Part shown: positions 11,143 to 22,837 of the stretch, piece after piece
Numbering within the stretch: the first letter of the stretch is position 1
Layout of the letters: each line of letters opens with the position of its first letter
From: Fimbriosthenelais zetlandica
Taxonomy: Eukaryota
Direction of reading: 5' to 3'
DNA: 64,000 nt
NCBI GenBank assembly: GCA_977030845.1
Contig: OZ365112.1
Location: 34,472,001 to 34,536,000 of the forward strand
Translations under genes and position numbers: made by a program
Notes under the pieces: generated by a model
What the model was told of the DNA's origin: nothing
Database searches by the model: none
Seen by the model: the letters and a program-made list of their open reading frames with translations, nothing else

Positions 11143-11196
11143 GAAAGTAGTTCCGTCATAATCACACGGGCGTGCGATTATGACGGAACTACTTTC
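11143..11196. repeat. Inverted repeat with perfect 21-bp arms
   Basis: gaaagtagttccgtcataatc, a 12-nt spacer, then gattatgacggaactactttc. Confidence 0.9.
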
Positions 11197-12444
11197 ATAA
11201 TTGCACCCCATAATCGCACGGTTATAATCACACACATATGTAATAATGACTTAAATAATTGACCTAATTAGATCAATATGGTTATTGAAGGTTAAAACTA
11301 ATATCTATGAGTGAAAGATGCTAGATCCCTAGGCTTATGTTTGTCTGCATAATATGGAATTGACTGGCAGTCACGACGAGTCCTGTTTATTGACCATATA
11401 ACTATAATTGAACTCAGAATGAGTGTGGATACAACATACCATAAATTAGCACAACTACCGTCAATTCAAAGTGAACAACTGTATTTCTTATCCTGAAGCA
11501 CTGATAGATCTTTGGATACTTCTTACAGTACATCAACCATCAATTTCCTCTGATAAGTCTGTTCCTCAGTTGCACTTGTGTGTGGTGATTTTCTGCCCCA
11601 AGTAAAGTACTCGGTCTTTCATCCATCAGGACGATTTGTTGCAGTTTGTCACATGGCTATGTTTGTGTTCCCCTTTAAGTTAATATGATAAGGAGGACTA
11701 CTGCCCACAGTGCAGTGGTAATCCATATGAGATATTATGATCAAATCTAACGAGAGGTTAACCCAAGTGACGGATCACCAGCCAAGAGAGTTTGATTTTA
11801 TCTTTATACCACATCACAACCCTAAGTAATAGGCTAAAAATTAGTATGATACCTCCAAGACTCTGCCTGCTGAATGTCGCCATCTTTGATGTGCAACCGA
11901 CGTCAGGATATAACAGCGATGTTGATGACACACTTCTCCAATTATACTGGTTTAGATTAAGGCCTGTGATGGGAGCAAACGTCACTATGGCTGAGGTTGA
12001 CGTTTCTGATAACAAGGTATGGGCAGTGGGGATCTCATCCATGATATTATTAACATTTTGTTGCACAGGACCTTCCCTCACCCTGAATGTCCGGACATTG
12101 TTGTTTGGGTCCAGGACAGTAACATTGCACACCCTGGATACAACATCAATGCAGTTGGGGTGCCAACTTCTCACAATCTCCAATCCACCTCTCACTGACT
12201 CCTCAATTGTGGCCCCAAGCTTGGTGACCACCCGCACCCTATTCCGGGTAAAGCCAACCCGGGCCATGCAGTGCTGGAGATGGTGTCCACAGCTGTCGTC
12301 GAGGCCCAAGGTCCTCATCTCTCCTCTAGTGCTAGTGCTAGTGAATGGGCAACTGCCCTAAGTATGTCAAGCTGGTGCATGGGCAACTGCCCAGAAGGTT
12401 TTAGATGTTGGGGCAACATACTTTCGATGTTTACAAGTGCCAGG

Positions 12445-14480
12445 CTAATTGTGGATCTCTAAATCACCACTCACAATATCTGTCACCAACTCTGCCTCAG
12501 TGATCTCGCACAATTCATTGTCATTGTCATAATATTTATTTGATGGTGACCTTTCTGGGTCCATGTCAATGACGACTCCTCCAAAGCCTTTTATTTCAGC
12601 ATTAACCACGCACTGATGTACAATGGGTTTGCCAATGATCAACTCTGGAGCCCTCATGCACTCAGAGATCAGCACATTCTGCTGGCATTTCCCCTTGGAG
12701 GATTTTCAGATGTTGAGACAAATCATTCACATTGGCCTTGGAGAGAGCAAGCTTTGTGGATGGCTGGTACCTTAGAATCTTGCACCAAATATTTATTTGT
12801 GCTTTTAAGATTGCCTTTGCTTTTGTCTTGGACATCAACGCTATCATTTGTATGTCATCTTATGTGGCCCAAAGACGTTTTTATAAGCCAACTCCAACCA
12901 TTCCTCCATTCGCTCCTTTGAAGCATCATCTTTGGACTGAATTTTAGCCTGAGGAGTGTGCAACCTTTCTGCAATTTGTTCTTTGATTGCCTTCTTTTTT
13001 TGCTTCTCAAAATTTTACCAGCATCCTTCACTGCACAGCTTATGTTCTTTTCTTTCTCGGCTGTACCAACCATGTGCCAGTCTTGTTAACCTGGAAGAGC
13101 ACTTTAGACTCAATGAAACCAGGTGTAGCATTTCTAGCTCTTTGTAGGGCCGAGTCAGCAATTGCAAAGACCCCTTCACCACTTATATTGGTGGCACTGC
13201 AGGATTTAGCCTGCTCCTGTAACACATCTGATGGTTCCCAGAATTTGGTAGCTGTGTGTATAGCTGTCGACTAACGACAAGCAGGCATGCTCCACAGAGA
13301 TTTTGCAGAAGATCCTTAATGCTGTCTTGTTTCTCCTTTCGAAGCAGTAATTCCAACACCTTGTCTTATCTTTACTTTGAAATCTTAGAAAAGTGATGGT
13401 GGATCACTGGTCAACAGTGGAGTTGCATCTTCTGTCCACATTTGGAGTTTGTCACGTGCCTCTTCAAAGTATGGATTCATTTCCAAGATTGTTTTATCTG
13501 ATCCTACCAGTCTCATCCAGGGACCGATAATCAATTTTCCAATAAGCTCTAGAGCTCTGGTGGTAGTTTGGAGGTCAGACAACTTAAGTGCATTGGAAAT
13601 ACACACTTGAACGACGTTTGTGCATTGCACAGCATACTTATTTAATGGCCTACCAAGTCGCTCCTCCAATTTACTGTCAACAGCTTGATTGGTCATACAT
13701 CTGCCAGTCATTGTATTAGTGATCTTAGAACAGATGTTACCAGGCATGTTTCCTGTTTTCTCAACTGTAGCAATCCCCTCTGTAGTTGTCTTGCCATAGG
13801 CATCTGCTGAGCCACCAAACTGTTGGTTAAGTCCAAGAAGATAACTCTTATCACTTGATGCAACCTCAAACTCAACGAGATGACCAACTTTATTTGTCTC
13901 ATATTTGAGGGTGTGGTTCTCAGTATTCTTCAATTCAGATACTACCTGTTGTCTGGAAAGAGATTTCATTTCTCGAGACATTTTATTTTGAGTCATGATT
14001 GGTCACGGCCTTAGTGAGAATTCTAATGGTGTCGAGAGTCATGACTTTGTGCCACGCCTTTGCTTTGAAAGTGATAGTTGCCTCTGATGTGAGGTGCATA
14101 TGTTTTTCCATCAACTTTTGTTTTAATTGCAGCAGAAACTTCCATCAACTTTTCCTTTGATTGTTCCATTTCATTTTGAGATGAGAGTGCTCTTTCTCTA
14201 CATCCTTCAGCTTTTCTTTGAGGTCAGCATTTTCTGTCAGCAATATCTCAAGTTCAAAATTTCTTCTTCTCAGTTTATCATTCTCTTCTCCCAATTTGGT
14301 CAAAGCAAGTTTTTTGGTCTCTGTTGTGAAGCCCTCCATTTGTCCACATGCTGCAGCATCTTCAAATGTAGTGGGGTCAATGGACAGGGTTTCTTCACTC
14401 TTGCGCTTCTTTTGTTCATTGGCAACTGCACTATGGAGAGAGAATGGTGTAGCAAATAGTTGTGCCAGTTTTTCTGGATT
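12445..14480 (-). pseudogene. Degraded DNA-transposon transposase, superfamily not assigned
   Basis: Collinear frameshifted ORF pieces: N-terminal coiled coil (14145-14339); core with ITNTMTGRCMTN and LELIGKLIIGPWMRL (13385-13996); SATNISGEGVFA...ESKVLFQVNKT (13040-13225); Tudor/Spin-like C-terminus LIIGKPIVHQC...DIVSGDLEI (12445-12675). Confidence 0.55.
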
Positions 14481-14509
14481 TTTTTTTTTTTACCTTATCT
14501 ATGATTACT

Positions 14510-15581
14510 ATCAATAACAAAAGTCTGCGCCGAAAAGAGCGCTCACAGTGCAGGCTTGGGTCGACACCAAGAACAAAAGCTACAGCATCTTTTTTTTCTA
14601 TCCATGAAGCTTTGACCACATTGAACTTGTAGAACCTTTTACCACTTTTTTGGTTTGGCATCTGCATAAATATTTCAAACATAATCTCATTTGTGAGCAA
14701 TTCAGGGTAACTGCACAAAGATGAGTCAAAACATTCTTTCCTGGGAAAGGGAGAGGGTAAGCAGAGGTGGGGTGAGGAGAGGGTGTGCCACCACCGGGAC
14801 ATAACTTGCTCCAATGCGCAAGAGGGCTTCCATACGTTACTAGTCTTATTGAGGTAATTTTCCTATGGAAATTCGAATTCTTACAAAGCCCCATGATTTT
14901 TAACGTCATCTGCCAGATGTACCAACCCATGAACAATGTAGACAAGAGCTTGATTGCCATAGATCTGGGCATAGTGTTTGGTAAACTGCACCAGAAAATG
15001 CTTAGCTTGATCGTTGTAAGTCTGACAAAGCAATGGGTTTACAAGAAAATTGATGCCAGTGGAGAGTAGCATAAAGTTATCATACATCTCATCTGCTATG
15101 ATGTTCTTCAAGACAACCGGGCCTAAATACAACAAGGACATCCACAGCTTGGTGGCTTTCCAGTGATTTATCTCAAGCAGGCTCCAAGGTTTTCTCGCAA
15201 ATTCCACTGAAACATGAGAAATGAGAAGCATTTATATGGCAAGTATCTGTTGTGCACCTAATCGAAACATGAGCGACCATTTTTTTATAATGATCAATTT
15301 TATTTCATAATACCGAGGCAAATTAAGTGTATGTAATCAAGTGGAAAACTTGTCACCATGCCAATTGGCAGCATTGTCATCTGTCTGATTTGCAAAGGAT
15401 TTGTTTTCAGTGCAGCATCTGGCTTGGGATATGTCATTCTCCCGTCATACACTCCTTCCTGTGTACATGTGTCACAGACTGAATAACCAGAATAAAGCTT
15501 TGTCTGCTTTACAAAGGAATGTGCTCGAGTGTCACACACAATTTGACAGATACATTATATATCTGATCGCCAACATGTAAA
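14510..15581 (-). pseudogene. EnSpm/CACTA (CMC) transposase, C-terminal part, degraded
   Basis: VCDTRA, FPLDYIHLICLGIMK, LLYLGPVVLK, NFMLLSTGI and YIVHGLVHLADDVKNHGAL motifs, typical of animal EnSpm transposases; several frameshifts. Confidence 0.85.
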
Positions 15582-17971
15582 TAGTCAGGGAGACTATTAA
15601 GTTCCGTGGGAAAATGATGATTAAAATATCCCACCTATATAGAAATGTTCTATAGACCCTCAGGAACAAGAAAAACCATGTTGTCAATCTTGAATTTGCT
15701 GCAGAGGGCGGCCATCTTGGATTTCCATGGCAACAGTGCATTTTTTAAAGAAATTATAAAAAAAGGATGTTTTAGGGCATTACTTGATCAGAAATTGTCA
15801 TAGAAAGCTAAAATTTGGTATGTTGGTGTATTATGCCAAGTTGCATTTTGGGATGGAATTTAGTTGACCTTTGCCAAGGTCAAGGTCATTTGAAGTGACC
15901 TTGAACCTCTAAATTTGAGCAAAAAACCATATAGGACCTTATTCCAATACCATCCATTGCCTCATTATTGTATAGAATAGTTAAAAGTTGGTATATTCAT
16001 GTGTAGTAATATAGGAGCTTTGGATGGGGAGGTATTATGTGGTAGTTGGACTGGTTGTTACCATGGTAACCAACACTTTATTAAAAAAATCATTTATAAC
16101 AGACTGACCCCCGTGAAACATGTTTTACTCGAGTTTTAGGAGTTTAAATAGAGATAGAGACTTTATATTTGGTAGAGTGATGTATCATACCGAGATGCAT
16201 TCTGGGATATAATTTGGTTGACCTTTGCCAAGGTCAAGGTCATTTGACGTGACCTTGAAACCCTAAATTTGAGCAAGAAACCACATTGGACCTTATTCCA
16301 ATACCATCCATTGCCTCATTATTGTATAGAATATTTAATGTTGGTGTATTCATGTGTAGTAATATAGGAGCTTTGGTTGGTGAGGTATTATTTGGTAGTT
16401 TGAGTGGTTGTTGCTATGGTAACCGGCACTTGATGAAAAAAATCATTTATACCAGGCTTACTTACCCCGGTGAAACATTTATTTTCTGAGTTTTAGGAGT
16501 TTAAATAGAGATAGGGACTTTATATTAGGTAGGTTGATGTATCATGCCGAGATGCATTCTGGGATATAATTTGGTTGACCTTTGCCAAGGTCAAGGTCAT
16601 GTTACGTGACCTTGAAACCCTAAATTTGAGCAAGAAACCACATCAGACCTTATTCCAATACCATCCATTGCCTCATTATTGTATAGAATAGTTAAAAGTT
16701 GGTGTATTTCTGTGTAGTAATATAGAAGCTTTGATTGGCGAGTTATATGTGGTAGTTTGAGTGGTTGTTGCTATGGTAACCGGTACTTTATGAAAAAAAA
16801 ATCATTTATACCAGACTGACCCCGGTGAAACATTTCCTGAGTTTTAGGAGTTTAAATAGAGATAGAGACTTTATATTTGGTAGGTTGATGTATTATGCCA
16901 AGTTGCATTTTGAGATGGAATTTAATTGACCTTTGCCAAGGTCAAGGTCATTTGAAGTGACCTTGAAACCCTAAATTTGAGCATAAAACCATATAGGACC
17001 TTATTCCAACACCATCCATTGCCTCATTATTGTATAGAATAGTTAAAAGTTGGTATATTCATGTGTATTAATATAGGAGCTTTGGATGGGGAGGTATTAT
17101 GTGGTAGTTGGACGGGTTGTTACCATGGTAACCGACACTTTATTAAAAAAACTCCTTTATAACATACTGACCCCCGTGAAACATGTTTTACTCGAGTTTT
17201 AGGAGTTTAAATAGAGATAGACACTTTATATTTGGTACGTTGATGTATCATGCCGAGATGCATTCTGGGATATAATTTGGTTGACCTTTGCCAAGGTCAA
17301 GGTCATGTTACGTGACCTTGAAACCCTAAATTTGAGCATAAAACCATATAGGACCTTATTCCAACACCATCCATTGCCTCATTATTGTATAGAATAGTTA
17401 AAAGTTGGTATATTCTTGTGTAGTAATATAGGAGCTTTGGATGGGGAGGTATTATGTGGTAGTTGGACGGGTTGTTACCATGGTAACCAACACTTTATTA
17501 AAAAATCCTTTATAACATACTGACCCCCGTGAAACATGTTTTACTCGAGTTTTAGGAGTTTAAATAGAGATAGACACTTTATATTTGGTACGTTGATGTA
17601 TCATGCCGAGATGCATTCTGGGATATAATTTGGTTGACCTTTGCCAAGGTCAAGGTCATGTTACGTGACCTTGAAACCCTAAATTTGAGCATAAAACCAT
17701 ATAGGACCTTATTCCAACACCATCCATTGCCTCATTATTGTATAGAATAGTTAAAAGTTGGTATATTCATGTGTAGTAATATAAAAGCTTTGGTTGGCAA
17801 GGTATATGTGGTAGTTTGGGTGGATGTTGCTATGGTAACCGGCACTTTATAAAAAAAAAATCATTTATACCAGACTGACCACATACACGTGTAATACCTC
17901 TATTTCGACTAATTCCAGTATGCAGAATTCATTTCTGATGTTATTTTTAACATTCAAGGTCATCCTGACCT
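15582..17971 (+). repeat. Left inverted arm: ~250-bp unique terminus, six ~354-bp tandem units and a short inner segment
   Basis: Marker ttgacctttgccaaggtcaaggtca recurs at about 15864, 16217, 16575, 16926, 17281 and 17635. Confidence 0.92.
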
Positions 17972-18066
17972 TTAAAGGTCAAAATCAAGGTCAATTTTAT
18001 GTATAAATATTTATTAATCCATTACTCTCCACTTGGTAACAGTAGAACAAATTTAACACATCCCAT

Positions 18067-21000
18067 TTAAGAATTGTCATCATCATCGTCGTCATCCTCA
18101 TCGGTGTCATCACAATCATCATCTGTTGAAATGAGAATTGCTGCATTCTCACAAGGATCCTGGCTGTCATCACAGCAGGTACAAAAATCTGTGCAATTAA
18201 GACCATTCTTCTTGCAATTGCACTTGTTGTTTGCACAGCGACTTTTGTCACAACCACACTTTACCAATTGTGTGACAGCATCGGGAGCAGGAGGCAAATT
18301 TGTCATGATTGGTCTGAAATGGCCTTGATCCACATCCCAGCCAAAGTTCATTGGATCTGGAATTTCAGGGTTTGGTACAATGTCATTGTACCAAATCATG
18401 GCTTGATAATGGGCTCTTAATATAGCAAAGATAAGTGCAGCCCGAGTTGGTGGAAGACTTTCAGCTTCTGCTTGCTTTTTCTCGAACAACCACCATCTTG
18501 CCTCTGCGACATTCGTCATTTGCTTTTGTGGAAGATAGAGTCTGCATACATATGTTTCAAGGGATGCAAACATAGTTTCAGAAGGTCTCTCTCTCACACC
18601 CAACTGCGCAAAGGCATGAAGCATTTCATCATCATCATCAAGGTCATGAAAGACCTTCCAGCATTTCACCTTTCCCTTGCCTGCAAATCTACCTGTAATG
18701 TCTGCTCCGGACAAAGCGTGGAATCCCGGTAGTGCTGCTGCTTTGCAAGGGCCTAAAGAATTGTATATTGGCTCTATGGGTATTATTCGGTGCCTGTGTC
18801 CAGTCCCTGTTACAAAGCAAGTATCTTTTGCCAAATTTGGGAAGCGCCTGATGGCCAGGACCAGGACATCCGTATCAGGGGAGTGTATTGACACCGAGGT
18901 AGCACCATTACTTGTTGCTTCAACAGCATGCAACAATAACTTTGTGTCGGCTTCTTCTTGACCACTTGCTAGTCTGACTTCCCTGTGCGAAGCATCTGCT
19001 TGATTGCGCCATGCAACTACAACTTTTTTTTCATTCGCTTTAGCATGGTAAAGAACTTTCTGTGATAGATATGTAGTAAGTTCATCCTTAGTTTCCACAT
19101 GGGAGAGTAAGGTCCGCATATTCAGCCGACCAATTGATGTTGTGTCTGTGATATGGTATGCCACTGCTTTACTTCCTGCTAGACGCTTCTCACGTGTTGA
19201 ACTTTTAAGTGAGACGTCAGCGATATCGTAGCGGTCAAACACGAGGTGGATTTCATCGTATTTACTGTACTTCTGCCAAAGACGTTTAATGAAGTGTTGT
19301 GCCAGGTGTGAGCACATCTGGATCCAGTCTGGTTTATCAAGTGCCTGGAGATCTGCCATGCCATCAATAACTGCAATGCTTTTGCATGCAGATTTGGGCA
19401 AGGTGTCCATTACAACTTCCATTTCCTGATGCTCTTTACCATGTTTAGGCAAGGCTTCAAGGATGGCCATCAAATCACTCTTTGACGTGGTTTGAAGTAG
19501 TGAACCATCTGATGCGAATAGTGCTCTTGGAACAACTGAAAACTCATACTTTCCAACAGCATGTTTGAGGTCAATATCTCTTGCTTTGGACACCACCAGC
19601 AGCCGAGCAAATAGGGCCCTGTCTTCTTTAAGTTCTACTAGTTTGTCTCCTTCCTTAACTTTAGCGGACCATGTTTGCAGCTTCAGCTTCTTCATTGGGG
19701 CCCAGAGGTTCACACTGCCAGTTGTGATTCTCTCTGAAACAAACTTTGCAAACATCTCTTGTCCAATTTCTGTTCTCCTGCTAATGTCTTTTTCTATATC
19801 CTCAGACATGACTGCTTTTGTTACGATATTTATCAAATGGTGGCTTTCTTCAGTAAAGGGGTCAGAGAATTTCCCGATGGTATGAAAGAGATCTCTGACA
19901 TTCTGGTCGTGTCGGTTGAATTTTGCAGTTGCCAGCTCATGATGTTTTTTAGTTGTAGTAGGTGTGAAGCTGGCCATTTGCTGAGCTTCTTTTGTTATGT
20001 TAGCGAGTTCTGGTGCAGCAAGGAAAAACCTAGTGCGGGCAGCAGCATTTAATGTGATGCCAGTCAGGCCTCCAGCAACTTTCAAGGTTCTGTTCACTTG
20101 CTCCAGGGCATGGTCAGCACCAATCGCACAAAAGGGCACAACATTCTTGTTGACCACCCAGTTGCCCTGCATAAATTCTGACCATATTTCTGGATCAGAC
20201 TCAGAGAGTGATTTCATATCTGCCAAATACACAGGGATAAGTCGTGCATAGTTCAACCTGTCATGTGCAAAGTAGTACTTCACAAAGGCCTCTGTTGTTG
20301 CAAGGTGAAGTTTCCAATCTCCAGTTCTCACTGCCCTTATATACATTATCATTTCCAATACCATTTGCATGTATTCGCGAATGGCCTTGGCAAGTGGTCC
20401 CTTGCAGACATTGTCATCAAAGGATTTCATCAACTTCAAGATTTCCAGTGAATCAATCATCTGAAGAAGCTTTTCATGTGATATTTTCACACCTTCATAG
20501 TCTTCCTTTCTGCATGCCTCATTGAGAAGATCTGCTTTTGTTTTGCACTGTTGGAGTACATCTGGATGCTTCTTAAAAAAAGCATCACCATACATTTTGA
20601 ACAAAGCTTGCAATGAGATCAGGTGAGCTTGAACCCCTCGTTTCACGTGTCTACCTTCAAATATTTGCCGAACAGTGGCTGGACCATACAGATCAGCTTC
20701 CACCCAGCATAAATCAAGACCGCTGTTGTCTATGTATGTTCCAATTGCTCGTAGTTGAGCCATGACTGTGTGAAGTTCGCCTGGGCGAAGAATGAACTGA
20801 TTACAATCCTCACGAGCCATTTGCAATTCCTTCGCTGGCTTGTACAGACCCATGTCAAGAGTGATCACTGTCTTACGCTGTGGGCCAACGACTTTTGCAG
20901 AGATGCCTTGGGCTTGCTTCAAGATAGTGAGTAGGGTGTTCCATTCATGAGCTGGGGCAGCGAGCAGTGGTGGGACGTGCACACCCGTGACTGGGTTAGC

Positions 21001-22837
21001 TTTGCTAATTATTGAGTTGTATCCGGCCCAAGTAGGTATATATCTCCTTGACTCTTGTGAGGCTGGCTCATTATGATCAGTTCCACAGAGAGATTGGCCA
21101 AGGAGCCACACCATATCATCTTTAGAGCTAATCTCATTGTGTTCAGACATAGCAAATGTTGGGTACGTTGGACTTTGGGGTTTAAAATTCTTTGCCATGC
21201 CACAGGTAAGAAGGTTTACTTCAGAGAGATTTTTCAGTAAATTTTCTTCTTGTGATCCTGACAAGTCTAAGCGAGTAAGTACAAGTTCTGGTTGCCGTCT
21301 CTGATAAATGGTCATAGCAGTGCCATGGAAGGTGTTCTTTCCATTTGGTGTGTCCTCTGAGAAGTCTATATTGTCAACAGCAAAAAATATATGTTTGCCT
21401 GGGATGATATCTGCTGGAACATATATTCCATCATTTTCCTGGACTCTCTTCAACACAGCATTCGCTATTTGAGTTTCTAATATCTGGAGTCGCTCATATG
21501 ATACAGAGACTCCGAATCTGTGCAGGAGATTGATCATCTTCTTACCACGTGTTGCCTGGCGGATGGCTACACCAATACCAAGCTGTTGAGGCATTTCAAA
21601 ATGTCGTCTTACCTCATCAGACTTACTCTTTGTCTGGTAATCTGACAAATGCAAAGACATTGTGGTTTGGGCAAGAACCTGTGCTTTTTTTTCAACTGCT
21701 ACTGTTTTGCTCTGAGAAGAAAGATTTGACTTTGTTCCTTGCAAAACCCACCTGAAAAATGTGTATAGCTCTGAAGGAATGTGAGCATCAGTAACATTAG
21801 AGAGTGACCCATCAAAAGTCCACTTTTCTGCTTTCTTGATGGCTTTTCTCAGAATGATAGATGCTTCAAAGAGTGTCCTTATGTCAGCATCAGTAGTTGT
21901 ATCATCTGATTCAGAAACAACATTTACTGGGGCATCTCTTGTTCTTTTCAGACTGATTAGTTGTGGCTGATTTCTTTGTTTTGCTGTGTGGAACTCTACC
22001 TGGGGAATTTCAGATGAAATTATCTTTTTTATCTTTTTCCGATAGCATTGAGCATTCTTTACACAATTTGCCATCCTTATATTCTCATAGGCTGCGTGCA
22101 CGTTGGTCATTGAGAGAATTTCACCATTGAGGAGAGCCTCTTCAACCAAGCTAATAAACTCAATGTCCGCTGCTAATTCGTTCGCTGCTTGTGTGGTTGA
22201 AGTGTCTAAATTCTGACCGCGCAGAACATTGGTGACATGGGTCGTCCAGCATTTGTTGTGGTACTGAATGTCTATTGCATGTGCATCATTTGGATCAATT
22301 GCAGAGTTAAGCTTCACGCGGAACTTATCGTTGCTAGCTTTATCAATTGCTGAATGAAGATGCCATCCAGCAGTATCAGTTCGGACTTTGGATAGTGGGC
22401 AAGATCTTGTAGGCTTTTCATCACAGAAGAAACACACATTGCTGTTGTAAGGCTTTGACTGGGAACGAGTAAATGAATTTGAAGAATCTGAAGCTAAAGG
22501 TAAAGCACTTGTGCTAGCTCGCTGGCATATCTGCTTTTCATAGCGCTGTTTTGCTCTTTTGCACATTACAGCATGGCAGGTCTCTTGGTAGCAGGTTCTG
22601 TGCCAAGTTGCACCTTGTGAGAGGAGGCTGTCTGCTGTTGCATCACCGAGTCTGCGGTTTCTCAGGAAAGTGTTTGTCACCATACTGTGCCCGCTGCTTG
22701 ATATATTCTAAGATGGTTTCATGTGTAGAAGGATTTTCAACAAGTTCTTCAGATGTTGACTTCTGACATACCAAGCACAATTGGAAGTTTGTGTCGTATC
22801 TTGGCACCTTAGCAGCAGGTGGATGGGAAGCAGCCAT
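18067..22837 (-). CDS. Academ transposase-XPG-Cys8 polyprotein (1538-aa ORF 18067-22683, plus a frameshifted N-terminus from ~22837)
   Basis: AVDNIDF, ITLDMGLY, LRPGELH, YFAHDRLNYAR and GADHALEQ core; XPG/FEN1-like EEADTKLLLHA and FHALSGADITGRFAGKGK; terminal CGCDKSRCANNKCNCKKNGLNCTDFCTC. The upstream frame MAASHPP...CLVCQK...QYGDKHFPE joins by a frameshift near 22660. Confidence 0.88.

Noticed and set aside
18074-22766. Plus-strand ORFs opposite the Academ ORF
   Set aside because: Antisense shadows; low complexity or no motifs.
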